This document shows positions 23,525-36,870 of a DNA stretch of 64,000 bases, piece after piece (position 1 is the first letter of the stretch; every line of letters starts with the position of its first letter). The notes beneath the pieces are model-generated. The model was not told where the DNA came from. It made no database searches and was given only the letters and a program-made list of their open reading frames with translations. This stretch comes from Podarcis bocagei (taxonomy: Eukaryota): NCBI GenBank assembly GCA_964188305.1, contig OZ076887.1, one strand, 5' to 3'. The position numbers and the translations under genes are program-made.

Positions 23525-26500
23525 TATATGGTTTCTAGACTATGCTAGGACCTGTCTAGATACATACAAAGTTTGGTATTTGCCCAAAGCAGGAACATTG
23601 ATAAATACTAGATATACACCTCTCTCAAAAAAAGTTAGTCAACCTATTAATCACCAGCACACCTGCAGACATATATAATTTGTACAAGCTACATTTACTG
23701 TGGATTTCTGTGTTCTGAATACACACCACATAAAAGCATGATTATGTTGAACTTGAGAGACCAACTGCTGAAATCGTGTGGTATAATATATGATGCAATG
23801 ACAATTAATCACTCTCATATTGTCAGCTTATGGTGGTTTTTTCTTAAGCATGTTAAGTCTGAGAGATTTTATTAACAAGCTATCATTCAAGACAGAAAAG
23901 GAGTATTCTTACAAAATCTATAAGAAATGAGAACATCAGTTGTGTAAGACTCAGTCCCCCCCCCCAACTTGGTGTAAGCGTAAAAATACAATTTTCAGAC
24001 ATAACATTGCAGGTTATTTGCATTTTGTGTATCTTGAGTACAAGAGTATATGCCTTGATACATTTTGTGCATCTTGTGCATCTTCAGGTGTTCTAGACAA
24101 GTGTGCACTAGTGAAAAATATACCATCACTGTAGCTGCTATGTGCATACACAATCCCCCCTCACCTTTCTAGCTTGACTATAATAAACAGATTGAAAGCT
24201 TTCATATTTCAACTATACAGAGTTCTTCACTATGTCTAAACTCAGTAAACATTTTCATCTAATTTAAACTATGATTTGTTCAAACAACTCAGAATCAAAC
24301 TGGTTTATGAGCTACCGTATTAACAAAACAGACTAACCAGAGTTCACCCTAATTTGTATATAACAATTTAGAAGCAAATGCTTCCAGTTGCTGCTTGTGC
24401 ATTTAATGCTGAACCATAGTTTACTGTTATGTCCAAAAGGGATTCATAACTTACTGAAAGGTGGCGTTTGAGTCTGTAGCAATGAAAACAACATAATGTA
24501 TTACTTTTTAAAAGTTGCAGATTTATTCTGATATGATGAATTTTCATCAGTTGATGTGTGTATGTAAAGGAAGGTGTAAACTTCAGTAAAATGTTAGTTA
24601 AATGGAAAAAGCAAGTCTGTGAGAGGCTTGTAAAGTGAACATTCCCTACAATAGTAACTGATGATAACATAATCATATGATATCTGTAATGGGACAGGAA
24701 ATCATTTTCTTGATTCAAGACAAAACATAAACATCTTGATAAGTTCTAATTCAATAATTTCACAATGGAGTTTTCCTTTGAAATTCCTTTGTTGGCAAAT
24801 GGCATTATAGAAATTGGCCCTTATCTTGATTTGTCATTCTCTTCTGTTTCACAAGTGTCTGATAAACACTGCATTGAGTTACAGCCTCTCCAAGACTGAT
24901 GCACACTCTTGGTAAACAGTGTGCAACATTTATAGTTTGAAATTCCATTTATAAATCCTGCAGTCTTCTTAAAGCAACTGCAGAATAAACAAACTGAATA
25001 GCAGCAAGCGTATCAGTCCCTAGACAAGTTTAATTGGGATACAGCCAATGGAAGGCAACTGACCCAGAAAAGCAAAATTATAGAATTCTGTATGCTTTGC
25101 TGCACTCTGGATTTGACTGAGCAGAGGGAACAGTTCATGCCATTGACACAAACACAAAATTGTTAATTATGTATTGTCCTTGATTGTGAGCAGAAATTAA
25201 ATTTACCCCATGGTATGTTAATTTAAAATACAGTCATGCCATGGTTATAGAACCAAGGCTTCATTATCTCCTGTTTCTTAAGCCACACACAATAAATCTA
25301 ACTGGAAAACAACAACAAAAAAATTATTAGAAATATGCTTTACAGTTCTTCACAAGATCAAAATATTGAAAAGTAATGGAAGTGAATAGAGAATAGATAT
25401 GTTCAAGGACATAACATAATCTCCCCCCCCCCCCAAGTCTGCTGTACTTACTCTTGATCTGCTTCAGGATGCAAAACTTTTTGTTTAAGCAAACTATTTG
25501 GGGTGAGCAGAGGATTTAATAGCTGTCTTTTAAATGGCTGTGTTACGCTGTATTTCTATATTGCTTTCATATGTAATAAATAAGTCAATTCCAGCCTAAC
25601 ATAAAGCCAAGGAAGTGGGTAGCTCTTGTATCAGGAGGTAACGATGGGTAAGAACAGCAGAAATAACAGAGTCAGGTTAGGCCTAAGCAAGTGAAGCAGA
25701 GTCAAATATTGCATTTTCAGTATTTTGAATATAATACATAAATAAAATCTGGTGATATCTAACCATGAAATTAAAAAAATTAAAATGGTAACTGGATGTT
25801 GTCAATCATGAAAAAGTCTAGTTTAGCCAAAAGTTCCATAATCTCTTTGATCTTCTGAGATGATTGTGAACTAAAGGATCCAAGTTTGGATCTGCACTGC
25901 AGGTGTTTCTTGGTTAATATACATTTTTGTCTTGCTCTGTACTATCTTGAAGCGAACGATCGTGTCAATTATATTCTCTAGTTATCTCAGGAACGCAGAG
26001 GTGGATGGAATTCAAAATTCACTGCATTGTTCGTGGGAGGCTTGAAACCGTCTTTTAATATCACATTTGTTGCAAAGTTAAGCAGAAAATGTGTGAAGTG
26101 TCTATAGCTCAGATACTAAGCTAACCGATCCAAAGAAACTGCACAACCAAGTTTCCTATTGCAAAATCATTGTAGGAGAAATAAGGTGTGCCTCTCCCCT
26201 TTCAAGCTTTAGGAGTTCATGTATTTTGCAGAGCTTGCAAAGGGCCAGATTCGAAGCCAGCACATGGCTCCTGCCAGCACATTAGGTCCCCCACCTTTCC
26301 TTCCCCCATGTGCCACTGCAACTCCCCCAAATCTGTCCTGGAGGGTCAGGAGATCCCATGCTCTCCCTGAACAGGCCTGGAGGCAAGGCTGGAATATAAT
26401 TCTGCCAGGCAATCGGAAATACCTGCATTAAGTAGTGGTCTCCTTAGCACTACAGTGAATATAACCCTAAATTACCCTTCAAACCCAGCTTAATATATTG

Positions 26501-28016
26501 CACCATTATTGAAGCAAATCAACTAAAATGGAGTGTTATTCCTAGAAAAAAATATTATTTACAGTTGCTGCTAATTTGCATATGTTAAGACACATATATT
26601 ATGCCAGGTCAGCATATTTCTTCACCTAACCAAATATGATCTAATAGTAAGCCTTCTGATATGAAATTTACTGAAGTTAAGAATTGGCCCCAAGGATACT
26701 GCTGGACCAGGCAGCTGCAAGAGAGACATTAAAGGCAGAAGAAACAGGATCAAGGATATTTGGACTGTAGGAAACAAAACTGCACTGATTTTCTTGCAGG
26801 TCACCAAGAAAATGTACAGGACCAGCGTTGACCTGAACAGGAAGCAGTAGATAAGAGTGGCAAATCATGACTTAAAATGTGTTTTTTAATATTCATGACT
26901 GCTTTTAGTGAGGTAGTGTAAAAGGTAGGAGCCTCTATTTTTATTGGGATGGCCAGTTGAACAAATTGTATTAGAAGTGAAATTGTTTCACTGTTGCGTA
27001 TAAAACACTTGTTTGACAGCAGTTCCATTTGCAAAGCCATTTGTGTGCATGTAGCTCTGGGGACATCAGTTAAAACATCACAAACCCCTCTTTTTGCTCT
27101 TTGCATTGCTGCGATTTAAGGAGAACCATATGGGGAGCTAGCTTATACACACATTTTGCCACATGGAGTTGTTTCCAAGCAGCTGCCACACTTGAGAGAG
27201 CTTGCAAGTATCAAATAGATCAATGACACCCCCCCCCCCGAGGAAGCAGAGATGCATGATTTTACTGCTTCTTAATCCTTCCATTCTAACGGAAACACTT
27301 CTTCCTCCTCTAGACCTGGGCTCCTCTCATGCTTGGCTTCTGAGTCCTTGGTTGTGCTGAGCTAGTAGCTCCCCTGGTTGGGTCAGTGGAATGGTAGTGC
27401 TAGCTTGATAGATAAATATGTGCACTTACTTCATATTACATATCACCAGTGTGTTTTTTCTGGGGGGATACAGGGGTACGCATACCACTAAACATTTTGT
27501 GAGGGGTATGCCACGTGTGTTCATTAGCATAGCAGGACAGTATCCTAGTTATCAGTTTGTTCTATGTTTTATTGCAGGTACATCAAGTGGTCTTCAGTTA
27601 TCTAGACTTTAATATGTTTTGATAGGTTTGTTACATGGTATACTGTGTTATTTTTCTTACATCTTTATTGACATGCTGCTGTCTCCTGTTCCATTTGCTA
27701 TGGCTGCTATATTTATTCTTATGAGGCCTAAAAGTAGCCAAGAGGAACTTTTTTGGGGCACTCAGTCATGCGGATTTTGGAATAGCACAGAAGGGGTGGC
27801 TATATATGTTTTGGAAGTGCTAAAAGGGATCCATCTTCTCTTTCTCACACACTACTCCTAAGCATATTACCTGGAAGTGAATCATGACTGGTTGCAGTCA
27901 GCCTTATTGCCAAATAAACTCTGTGTGTGTGTGTGTGTCATAGTATATATAGAGAGAGAGAAGGGGAGAGAGTTTAAATCAAGTTTTCAATAATCTTTGG
28001 ATATGAACTTCATATA

Positions 28017-28257
28017 CAGTGGTATCTCAGTTTAAGAATAGCCCTGTTTATGAACTATTCGGTTTATGAACTCCACAAAACCGGAAGTAGTGTCCCGGTT
28101 TGCGAACTTTACCTCGGTCTAAGAATGGAAGCCGAACGGTGGAATGGCACTGGCGGCAGGAGGCTTCATTAGGGAAAGCATGCCTTGGTTTAAGAACGGT
28201 TTTGGTTTAAGAACAGATTTCCGGAACGGATTAAGTTCGTAAATTGAGGTACCACTG
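28017..28257. mobile_element. Tigger-like MITE, family B-related
   Basis: TIRs CAGTGGTA(T/C)CTCA with TA flanks. The 3' block CCGGAACGGATTAAGTT is shared with 30843-31480. Confidence 0.85.
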
Positions 28258-28612
28258 TATTGCGACAAGCTGCTAGCTGCATGAACAACAAAAAAAGGGG
28301 GGGGAGCATTTGATCAGGCAGGAACTGCTCCTTCTTTTTTCCTTTCTTCACTTAGTAATCTGCTCAGCAGGTAAGATAAGGACAGGCCTCTATGCAAGCT
28401 GATAACCACCACCAAGAGATAAGCTGCAGAAATTCTGTCCTCCCACTCTCTCAATTATAATATCGGCAAGGCTAATATAAATTAAGCTCCCATGGTTTCC
28501 ACCTCTAGAAAGTCTATGTATTGCTTATTCAACCACCTTCAGATGAAAACGGGTTGTTACTTGTTAAAGCTGATTTGACAGTAGAGAGCAGTCAAAGTGC
28601 ACTTAAGCAGTA

Positions 28613-29161
28613 CAGAGTGTAAGCCAATGCACATCTACTCGGGAGTAAGTCCCACTAAGCTCAATGGGAATTACTTCCAACTGTGTGTAGGATTGCATAT
28701 GGCTGACAAATTATGAAGCCGAAATAAATCTGCAGGTTCTATGATTATTAGCAAAAGTTCCTTTCAGATGTTTCAGTGTTTTTGCTGGCATATATGGCAG
28801 ATATATAGAAGTATGTTTATGTCCTGTGTATGTTTATTCAGAAGTAAGCTCACCTGAGTAACTGAGTAGCTTACTTCTGAGTTGACACGTAAAGGATTAC
28901 GTTATTAGAAACTGTAACGGTATTGTTCATAATCCAGCAAAACTCAGTTGTGATGTACTATTGAAATCATTAAGGCAGGTTAGTCACAGCTAAAACTTAC
29001 TCCACTACTGTTACTTATTCTTCGTTGTAATAGTGGTTGAATTCTGCCAATTCACCTATTCCAGCTGCGGTCTAATTTTATGCATACCTATATGGTATGC
29101 ATAAAATCCCACTGAGTTCAATGTGGTCTACTCCCAAGTAAATGTGCCTAGAATTGCAGGC
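28613..29161. repeat. Three copies of a short (about 85-100 bp) palindromic interspersed repeat
   Basis: Consensus-like GCAATCCTA...AGTAAGTCCCA-loop-TGGGACTTACT...TAGGATTGC at about 28613-28698, 28820-28899 and 29062-29161. More copies occur elsewhere in the window. Confidence 0.7.
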
Positions 29162-29964
29162 AGTTTCTGCTTGCTAGAAAATAATACCCTGCTCCCCTGG
29201 GAAGAGGAGAAGGGTACGTGATGTACCACCATAGGAATGACAACTCCCACTAGTCAGCTCATAATGCAATGTTGACATATAACCTGAGAAGATTGCTTAT
29301 TATAACAGAGTAAGTGCTTCCAAAGCTGTTCAAATGGCCTTATATTTCAAAAAGTTGAAGGAGGAAACAAGAATGACATGACAAGGATTGCATCATAATA
29401 GAGCCTAGCTCTAGAATATTTCCAGCTAGCTAGCTAAGTAATAAAGAGGGTAAATGGAGGTTTAACATAACAGATGGCTGTAATGTTTTTGCTTAAGAAC
29501 ACTTTCAGATACCTACATATACACACACACAAACAAACCCAGGATAATCAAAAGATTAAAAAAACATATCACAAATACATTGGTTTTGGTATTTATGTCT
29601 TTTGCAATTCCAGTGGAATTGCTGTTGGTTCTGTCTATGTGATGAGAGACTAGGAAACACTTATCGACAGGGAGTCAATTGTATCTGAGTTCTAGTTACT
29701 GCTTGGAGTCAGATCTGGGAACTGGAACCAAATCCTTGGTATCACATGGTACATGTTGACATCGCAGCAGTCATACTTAAGGTGGAACCAGCCACATCAC
29801 TGTTAAAGCAGAGAAACAAGAGAAAGCGTTGCTTTCATGTTTCTCTGGCTAACCGCAGGGATTTTAAAAAGATCCAAAAATAGTGCTCATATCCTTCTAA
29901 TCTCAAAGGAGGCTGGGCACAGTGCCACTGTAGTTTATTATGATCCGCTCCCAAACCAACCAAG

Positions 29965-30345
29965 AGTTGTTCTTAAAAATTAAGCTATTACGGCATAAGC
30001 TTTCATGGACAAGTCCACTTCATCAGATGCATGCAGTATAATCATCAATTGCAGCTATACAGTATATGCACAATGGGGATGGGTGGGTGGAGGAATTGTA
30101 AGCAGATCAGAGAGAAATTAAATCCCAAAAATTACAGAGACTATTCTATAAGAGCTAAAATGTATGCAAAACAAGCACAGTGAAGCTTTACGACAACAGT
30201 AATAGGTGATAGGAAACAGCTTGGTAATGTTGCATTAATTAACCCAGTGTAATGGGATGGGAAACCATAGACCCAAATGAATAGAATCAAACCTCTTAGA
30301 AAATTGCTATTCAGCAGTTTCACATTGGAGTCTCTCTTTGTACAG
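29965..30345 (-). mobile_element. Penelope-like retroelement 3' relic (GIY-YIG endonuclease C-terminus, UTR and hammerhead motif)
   Basis: Translation YKERLQCETAE*QFSKRFDSIHLGL / YGFPSHY (30247-30343) resembles the recalled C-terminus of vertebrate Penelope ORFs. A hammerhead core follows about 220 nt downstream. Confidence 0.8.
29993..30030 (-). ncRNA. Minimal type I hammerhead ribozyme motif (Penelope-associated)
   Basis: GCAU-CUGAUGA-A-GUGGAC-UU-GUCCAU-GAAA-GC-UU^AUGC: both catalytic boxes, stem I (GCAU/AUGC), stem II and a palindromic AGCU helix III. Confidence 0.72.
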
Positions 30346-30842
30346 TAATTCTGAGTCTTTATCGAATTTTGACAAACCATACACTATTAACTTCCCGAGT
30401 CTTCTGAGTGTCCATCTCCCCCAAACATATAAACATCCCTGGGTCTCCAGACCAATTCCTACACTGCTGTAATAAGAGCAAACCAGAAATGAAAGAAACA
30501 TTCCTTGCACGAGCGTACAGGAGGAAAACAGGGAGCATATTAGTCTGCAGCAGGGCTCCCATTTTCATAACCATGGCTTGGAGGATTATTTGAGCGGAGC
30601 TCGTATAGTCTATTATCTAAGAGAACTGTAGTCAGTGAAACTTCTTATCACTTGTTGAAATGTGAGTTTTGAAATAAATAATTTAACTGTAACTCTGGTA
30701 TATTTTTAACAGATCTGAGGCAGGTCTGGGAAGTTGCTAAGTGTTTTATTTCAGCCAGCTCCACAAACTGGCTATCCCTTCCTGATAACATCATCTGTCT
30801 CTATTCCTGGACAGAAGGGTAGCCCTTTCTACTTTGAAGGTA

Positions 30843-31480
30843 CAGTGGTACCTTGGTTCTCAAATGCCAAAAACCCAGAAGTAAGTGTTCCAGTTTTCAA
30901 ATGTTTTTCAGAAGTCGAACACCTGATGCAGCTGCCGGCTATTGTTTCTGGGGCGCCTGCACCAATCAGAAGCTGTGCCTTGGTTTTTGAACATTTCAGA
31001 AGTCAAATGGACTTCCAGAACAGATTAAGTTTGGTGCTTTTGTTTTTGCTATTTATTTTGCATTTTTGTTTTTGAGGCTTTTTCAGTTAATTTCTTTTTG
31101 TGACACTGTCGAACCCAGTTCAGCTAATGATTGATTGATTGTGTGACTGCGGAAATGGATAAAAGCCCCCCATCCAAACAGTGACTATCATCAGTGCAGG
31201 TAAGAAAACAATTTAATTTTAATTTTTATCATCTGCAATACTGTCTTATTTATTTTATAGTACAGTACATTGATTATTGCTTTCATTTTATGGGTCAGTG
31301 GTCTCGTTAGATAGTAGAATTCATGTTACATTGCTGTTTTAGGGGTTGTTTTTAAAAGTCTGGAATGGATTAATCCGTTTTGCATTACTTTCTATGGGAA
31401 AGTGTGCCTTGGTTTTGGAACGCTTTGGTTTTGGAACGGACTTCCGGAACGGATTAAGTTTGAGAACCAAGGTACCACTG
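30843..31480. mobile_element. Tigger-like non-autonomous DNA transposon, long family B member
   Basis: Perfect 22-bp TIR CAGTGGTACCTTGGTTCTCAAA with TA on both sides; no transposase ORF. Confidence 0.9.
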
Positions 31481-34400
31481 TATTTCAAACAACAACAAAA
31501 ACCTCTTGCTGCAGTTTCTGCAGATTGAAATCACAAATCAAGCAATATAAGCCAAACTGTAGCAAACAGTGGTAGGTTTAAGTCAAATTCATGCAATGGG
31601 AATCAGAAAGATAACAACTGGCTTGTTTGAAAACCCAGCTGTCCCTTTCTTTCAAAAATGCTTCTTGATTTCTCCACGCTTTGCAGTTTCCCTACCAGCT
31701 TTCACCCTTTAAAACACAAATTATTTTGGTCACAATAAACAGAGACGCAGATCCACTGAAAGCACAACAGCTGACTCTCATCATCACTGGCAACAGCATG
31801 TATTTCTCAGAAAGAGGAGAAACAATTATTAAAGCAAAAGGACTCTGATTCAACAGTCCAATTTCCCTCTTTGGCCCCTGATCTTTCCCCCTTCTATACG
31901 TATTGTATGTTTGATCCCCTTCCTTCCATGCAATTAATTGCAGGTTTTGAAATAAGGAACAATAGAAAACAGCTGTGAAATACACTGGAGGTTTCTTTTT
32001 GGGTATTATTACTATAATGGCACCTACTTTCATTACTGCACTCCAGGATCTAATCGGCACTGAGTGCACTATAAACCCATTTCCAGACATTTACAACTCC
32101 AGCTGCGCAAAGTCTCCCTGGACCAAAACTTCCAACACAGCAAATCTCGGCCTGGAAATATATTATTTATTTATCACTCAGAAAGGACCCGTGGGCCACC
32201 ATCAATTAGGCCTTGGAGGCTTATGACGGGAGGCCCATATGGAAAGAAGCCATTTTTTTCCTTCTCACTTTTGAACACAGGACTACTCAGTGTTTGTGTG
32301 ACTTATCGATCCCCCAGAAGTCTCTACTGAAATGGTTGGGTTGCAGGGATAGAGGGAATTGAGCAAGGCATCCTTGTTATAGAACAACTGCATGGGGCTG
32401 TTTTCAATCAACTGCTGATCCCCATCACTTATCTAATGCTCCTAAATCTACTTGTGCTTCATTTCTAAGGGCTCAATAGAAAAGCATTATTTAGATTGGA
32501 AACATTGTGTGATGAGGAAGAGAACCTCTGTCCCAGTGGTATACAGGAAATGGAAGGTGTTCAGATATGAACACAGGATGGGCTGGAGCGTTTCAACTAG
32601 AGATATGCTAAGAAGACAGGATTGTCCATGAACTTGGGGGGGGGGGTTGGTCTTTTAGGCAGAAAATAGCCTTCTGGCTGTTTGACTAAATGGTTCTTTC
32701 CAATGCCACAATAATATTGTGTCTGTTTTTGCCTGTTTGTTGGTGCCCAGGATCTCAGAGAAAGGTCTTTCCCTATACCTGCTACAAGATGCCAGGGATT
32801 GAATCGAGGAACTTGCGCATGTGTGGGCACACACACAGGTTATACATCTTCTGCATTATCTATTCATAATGCTTAACCATTTCTCTCTTCTGGTTATTTT
32901 GAATCCTCTTGCCCCAAGTTAGTGTGAAGCTCTTTAAAACACTAAGGTGCAAACATTTGTTTAAAATGCAAGCTGACCAAAACCTGAAGAAAACAAAACC
33001 TGAAGAAAATGTGGGGGAAGATGAACCCAAGGTTAGTTGGCTACCTAAATCCACAGAGGGGGAAGAAATTGTTTCTTAATGACTGAGCATCACTTTTTGA
33101 GCAAATTCTCCCAGCCTTCCCGTGGCTTATACAATGCAAGTGTTGAGCCGCACTGTTACATTTGGCATATAATCTGTTGTGGTGGCACATGAGCCTTGGT
33201 GCTCACAGCACAGCTATTGTCTGTGTGACATTTAACCACCAAAAACAAAAGCTGTGTTTAGCATTTGGCAGCCAATGGGAGTTACAAGACAGCTTTGCAG
33301 ATTTCCTAAGACTCTCATTCAAAAAGCCGCTTGTAGAAATACAGTGTGGTGGAATCATGCCTTGTGAATTTAAATTACCCAAACTCTAGAACTGACATAT
33401 ACACACACATATACCGGTAATCTCCCAGATACATTCATGCACAAGCCTTTAGGCAAAACCAGCAGCCCCTACCCAAGTAAAGCCTAACTGAAACCTTCTG
33501 CAAATTGAGTGAAGCCACATTCAGCTATTGTTCAGCTATTGTTTTCATTGTTTGGAAGGAAGTGAGGGGAGGTCTGGGAAGGAAGAGCAGAGGCCCATTC
33601 AGTTTATCAGACAAGACAGTTCAGTTTGGAATTCTTGTTCTTTTTTTGCACCCTTGGCATTGCAGGATGTTCGTAACGATAATAATGCGCCATTCAATCC
33701 CACCCATGTTCATTTGGAAGTATCCCTTACTGCAGCCTTTGCCAACTTGGTGTCCAGCAACTTTTACTTCTTCAGAAATTGCCTCCTGACAGATTCCCCT
33801 TCTGCCCTCGCTTCCTAATTTTAAGAGGGTTTTCATCCAGGTGTTGTTGTTTTTTTACATTATCTGCATTAGGTCTCACAGGGTTTCAAACCAGCATAAG
33901 ACGCACATGCAAGACCAGGCTAAAGCTCCCTTCCACAGCCTGTGCAGAAACAGGGCGGAGAAGACTAATTTTACTAGCATCCCAAGATGGATTGGCTGCA
34001 GATACGAAAGGAAGGCATGAGAAAGGGGAAACCCTGTCCTCTTCCCCCCTCCCCCCCATCTCTCTTTCATGAAGAGGAGCTTGTGTTGCACCATGTTAAT
34101 GGTGGTTGTCACACACAGCACGTTCCACAACATGTGCTCTGCATGGAGCAGTGTTGCTCCCCCCAGCTTCCTGCGAAAAGCAACCCCCAAGAAACATAAG
34201 CAGTGCCAGGAGGGAGTAAACAGCTTTCTAATTATAGTGTATCTTTCCTGGGAGGAAGAGGTAGCAAAGATTTCAAGAGGTATGACATGTCCATAGGATA
34301 AACTGTGTTTTGTCTTCTGTCATGTCTAAGAATTGTGCACAAAAGCAGTTAATGGAAAGCTGTAGTGCAGCTGAAGAGGATCATTCAGCTCTGTAATGTG

Positions 34401-34769
34401 TGTGTATGGCTATCCCAGAAGAGAACAGATAGGAGCCCCCGCTAGTCTTTCAGTAAAATAGCAGGGTGCTAGAATGACCCCAAGCTTCCCACCCTTCTAC
34501 CCATCCTCATAAAACTGCACTCCCTCATTCAGCTGGGTAATATGTCATTAATGTATTCAAACATTTATATACCAGCTTTTATCAATTATTTCAAGGGGCT
34601 TACAAGACATCTGCAGCAGCAGACACTGCCTTGGGTCCTAGAGCGGGGAAAGTTAGATAAATTGGGGGGGGGGGTGTCTACACATGAGTCTCTCACCAAG
34701 ACAACACTGTCCTGTTGTTTCTCAAAAGAGAGACTACCTCCCCCTCTCTCCATATTCCCAATTCCAGAA

Positions 34770-34935
34770 AGTGGGAAGTTGGCCTGTCCTAAAGAGGGTT
34801 GCATATCCCCTAGAAGGAGCAGGATCACAGCTTGGAGGTGCTCCTGGATTCAATCTTGTCATTGGAGGCTCAAGTGGCCTCCCTGGCTAGGATTGCTCCA
34901 GCTGATTTGCCCTTTTTTGGACAAAGACAGCTTGT
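34770..34935 (+). mobile_element. L2 LINE ORF2 relic
   Basis: Frameshifted translation PVLKRVAYPL / KEQDHSLEVLLDSILSLEAQVASLARIA / QLICPFLDKDSLSTVLH resembles the L2 post-RT region. Confidence 0.8.
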
Positions 34936-36870
34936 CCACAGTACTCCACCCTAGGTCTTTCTGTTGAGGGGTGAATAATAATTCTAACAACAATTACAGT
35001 AACAATAGCAATCCTCCTGCTCACTCTGCTTGCAAACTCCCACCAGCTCCATTTGGATTCCCTCTGCTTTGGCCTCTCTCCTCTTTTGCAACAGCCCACT
35101 CCACCTATCTCAATCTGAGCATCTCAAATGGAGGCCCAAGGAAGAACAGCTCCACCCTCCACTCCTGCTCAGCTTGATCAGCTATGAGACATGAGATCAA
35201 GGGCCCTTGTGCCCACTGGGTTTCTACCTTGCCACCTTGCCCATCCACTGCCCATCCACTTCCTATCTCCCATCCACTCCCTCAACTCTTACAGTCCAGA
35301 CACAAATCCAGCCATTCCACTGCTACCACATCACCCCTCCCGCTCTGAACTACACAGGACGCAGAAGCCCCCCCTGATGGCCCTCTTAGCTCCAACGCTG
35401 GTATAATTCCAAGCTAAGGCCCAAGCCCAGGCCATTCTTCTTCCACCAGCTCCAACCTGCCTGTAAAGTCTGCTGCATGACGCAGACTCGTCCTCACGGT
35501 CAAAAGTCCCTTATGCCCCACCCCAATCCCACTTTCCCTCGGACGGATCCAACCTGGCATGTATTTGGCACTGCAACCGCCTCTGCTCAGTTAGAAGCCT
35601 CTGCCCACTTGTGCAGGAAACCTGTCTTTCCCAACTAAGGTGGAGGTTAGGCTAAAATTTAAAATGTGCTCTCTCTCTCTCTCCCTCCATTTCCTCACGC
35701 CGTGGCATTTCATGCAGCAGCAAGGCTTGTTTGATTCAAACCTCTAGCTCAGCTTTGTACCTATTGGCACAGCTGTTGTTAATCAAGTCTACCCAGGGCA
35801 CTGCATGTTGACAAACTAGTGCAAATATAGTACAGCAAGAAACACCCACAATTAATACAAAGCTCACTTAGATAAGGGAAATCACACATGCTTCAAAGAC
35901 CTTACTGAACAATTTGAACAAAATCACTTTAAATGGAAAATCTAAAACTGCTGGATGGGTCAGAATTGTTCGTCTGGATCAGGGCCATGCTGAATGCACT
36001 AGATTTCTGCCTAAAGAAGGTCTGCAGTTGGCAGGTACCCATTATTATCTCTACCTTTACAATTTTGGCTGGGGTGGGGAACAGATTTTTTAAACAGCTA
36101 ATTGGAGAGAGGATAACAACCAGAGTAGCATCATCAGTTAACCAAATAGTTTAAATAAGAGTATTGAAAAGTATTAGGGAAATTTACAAATCTGATTCTA
36201 CCTTGCCTGCAGTTAATACAGTAAATTTCAAAAAAGCTAGAATATTCCAAGTTTTTATCAACCAACTTTTAACATGCAGATTGACAGAGTCTAAAAAGAA
36301 ACCCCATCCCACACACATACAAACAACACACACATGTCTAGTTGGATATAGCATTTCTGAATGACCACACAGCACTTTTCAAGAGTCACAAAGCACTTTT
36401 TGAGAGTTACAAACAGCGTCGGATATGTAGATCACACTTTTGTCTATCAGTGAAGAAGTAGCTTTTTTTAAAGAGACAAAATAGAAATCCATGTCATATA
36501 GTGATATCTGGCAAGAAGTGATTATAAGAGTCTTCATGCCATTGAGTAAACTTGAGCTTCGAAGCCCTGCATCACTAGATAGCATTGATGGCTAAATTAA
36601 GTATGATTGGTCAATACTGTGCTTCTACACATGTGCAGTTTCTGCAAAATAGTGCCCTCTGCAGGTAAACCTACAGATCCCATGGACAATATCCTTCCTA
36701 CTTGGTTTTTTTTTTAAAAAATAGGAAATTAGAGAAGGGCATCCTTGCTTGGTCCAATCCTACAGTGCCTTCAAAATTATGGAATGCATTCACTTTCCCA
36801 TATTCCTTTTGCCACTGACTTTTTTATTTTTCCTTTAAGTAAGCATGCCTAGTTAGTTACGACCCTACTG

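Noticed and set aside
23034-23548. Cluster of overlapping ORFs
   Set aside because: They fall essentially within a GC-rich palindromic MITE and show no transposase motifs.
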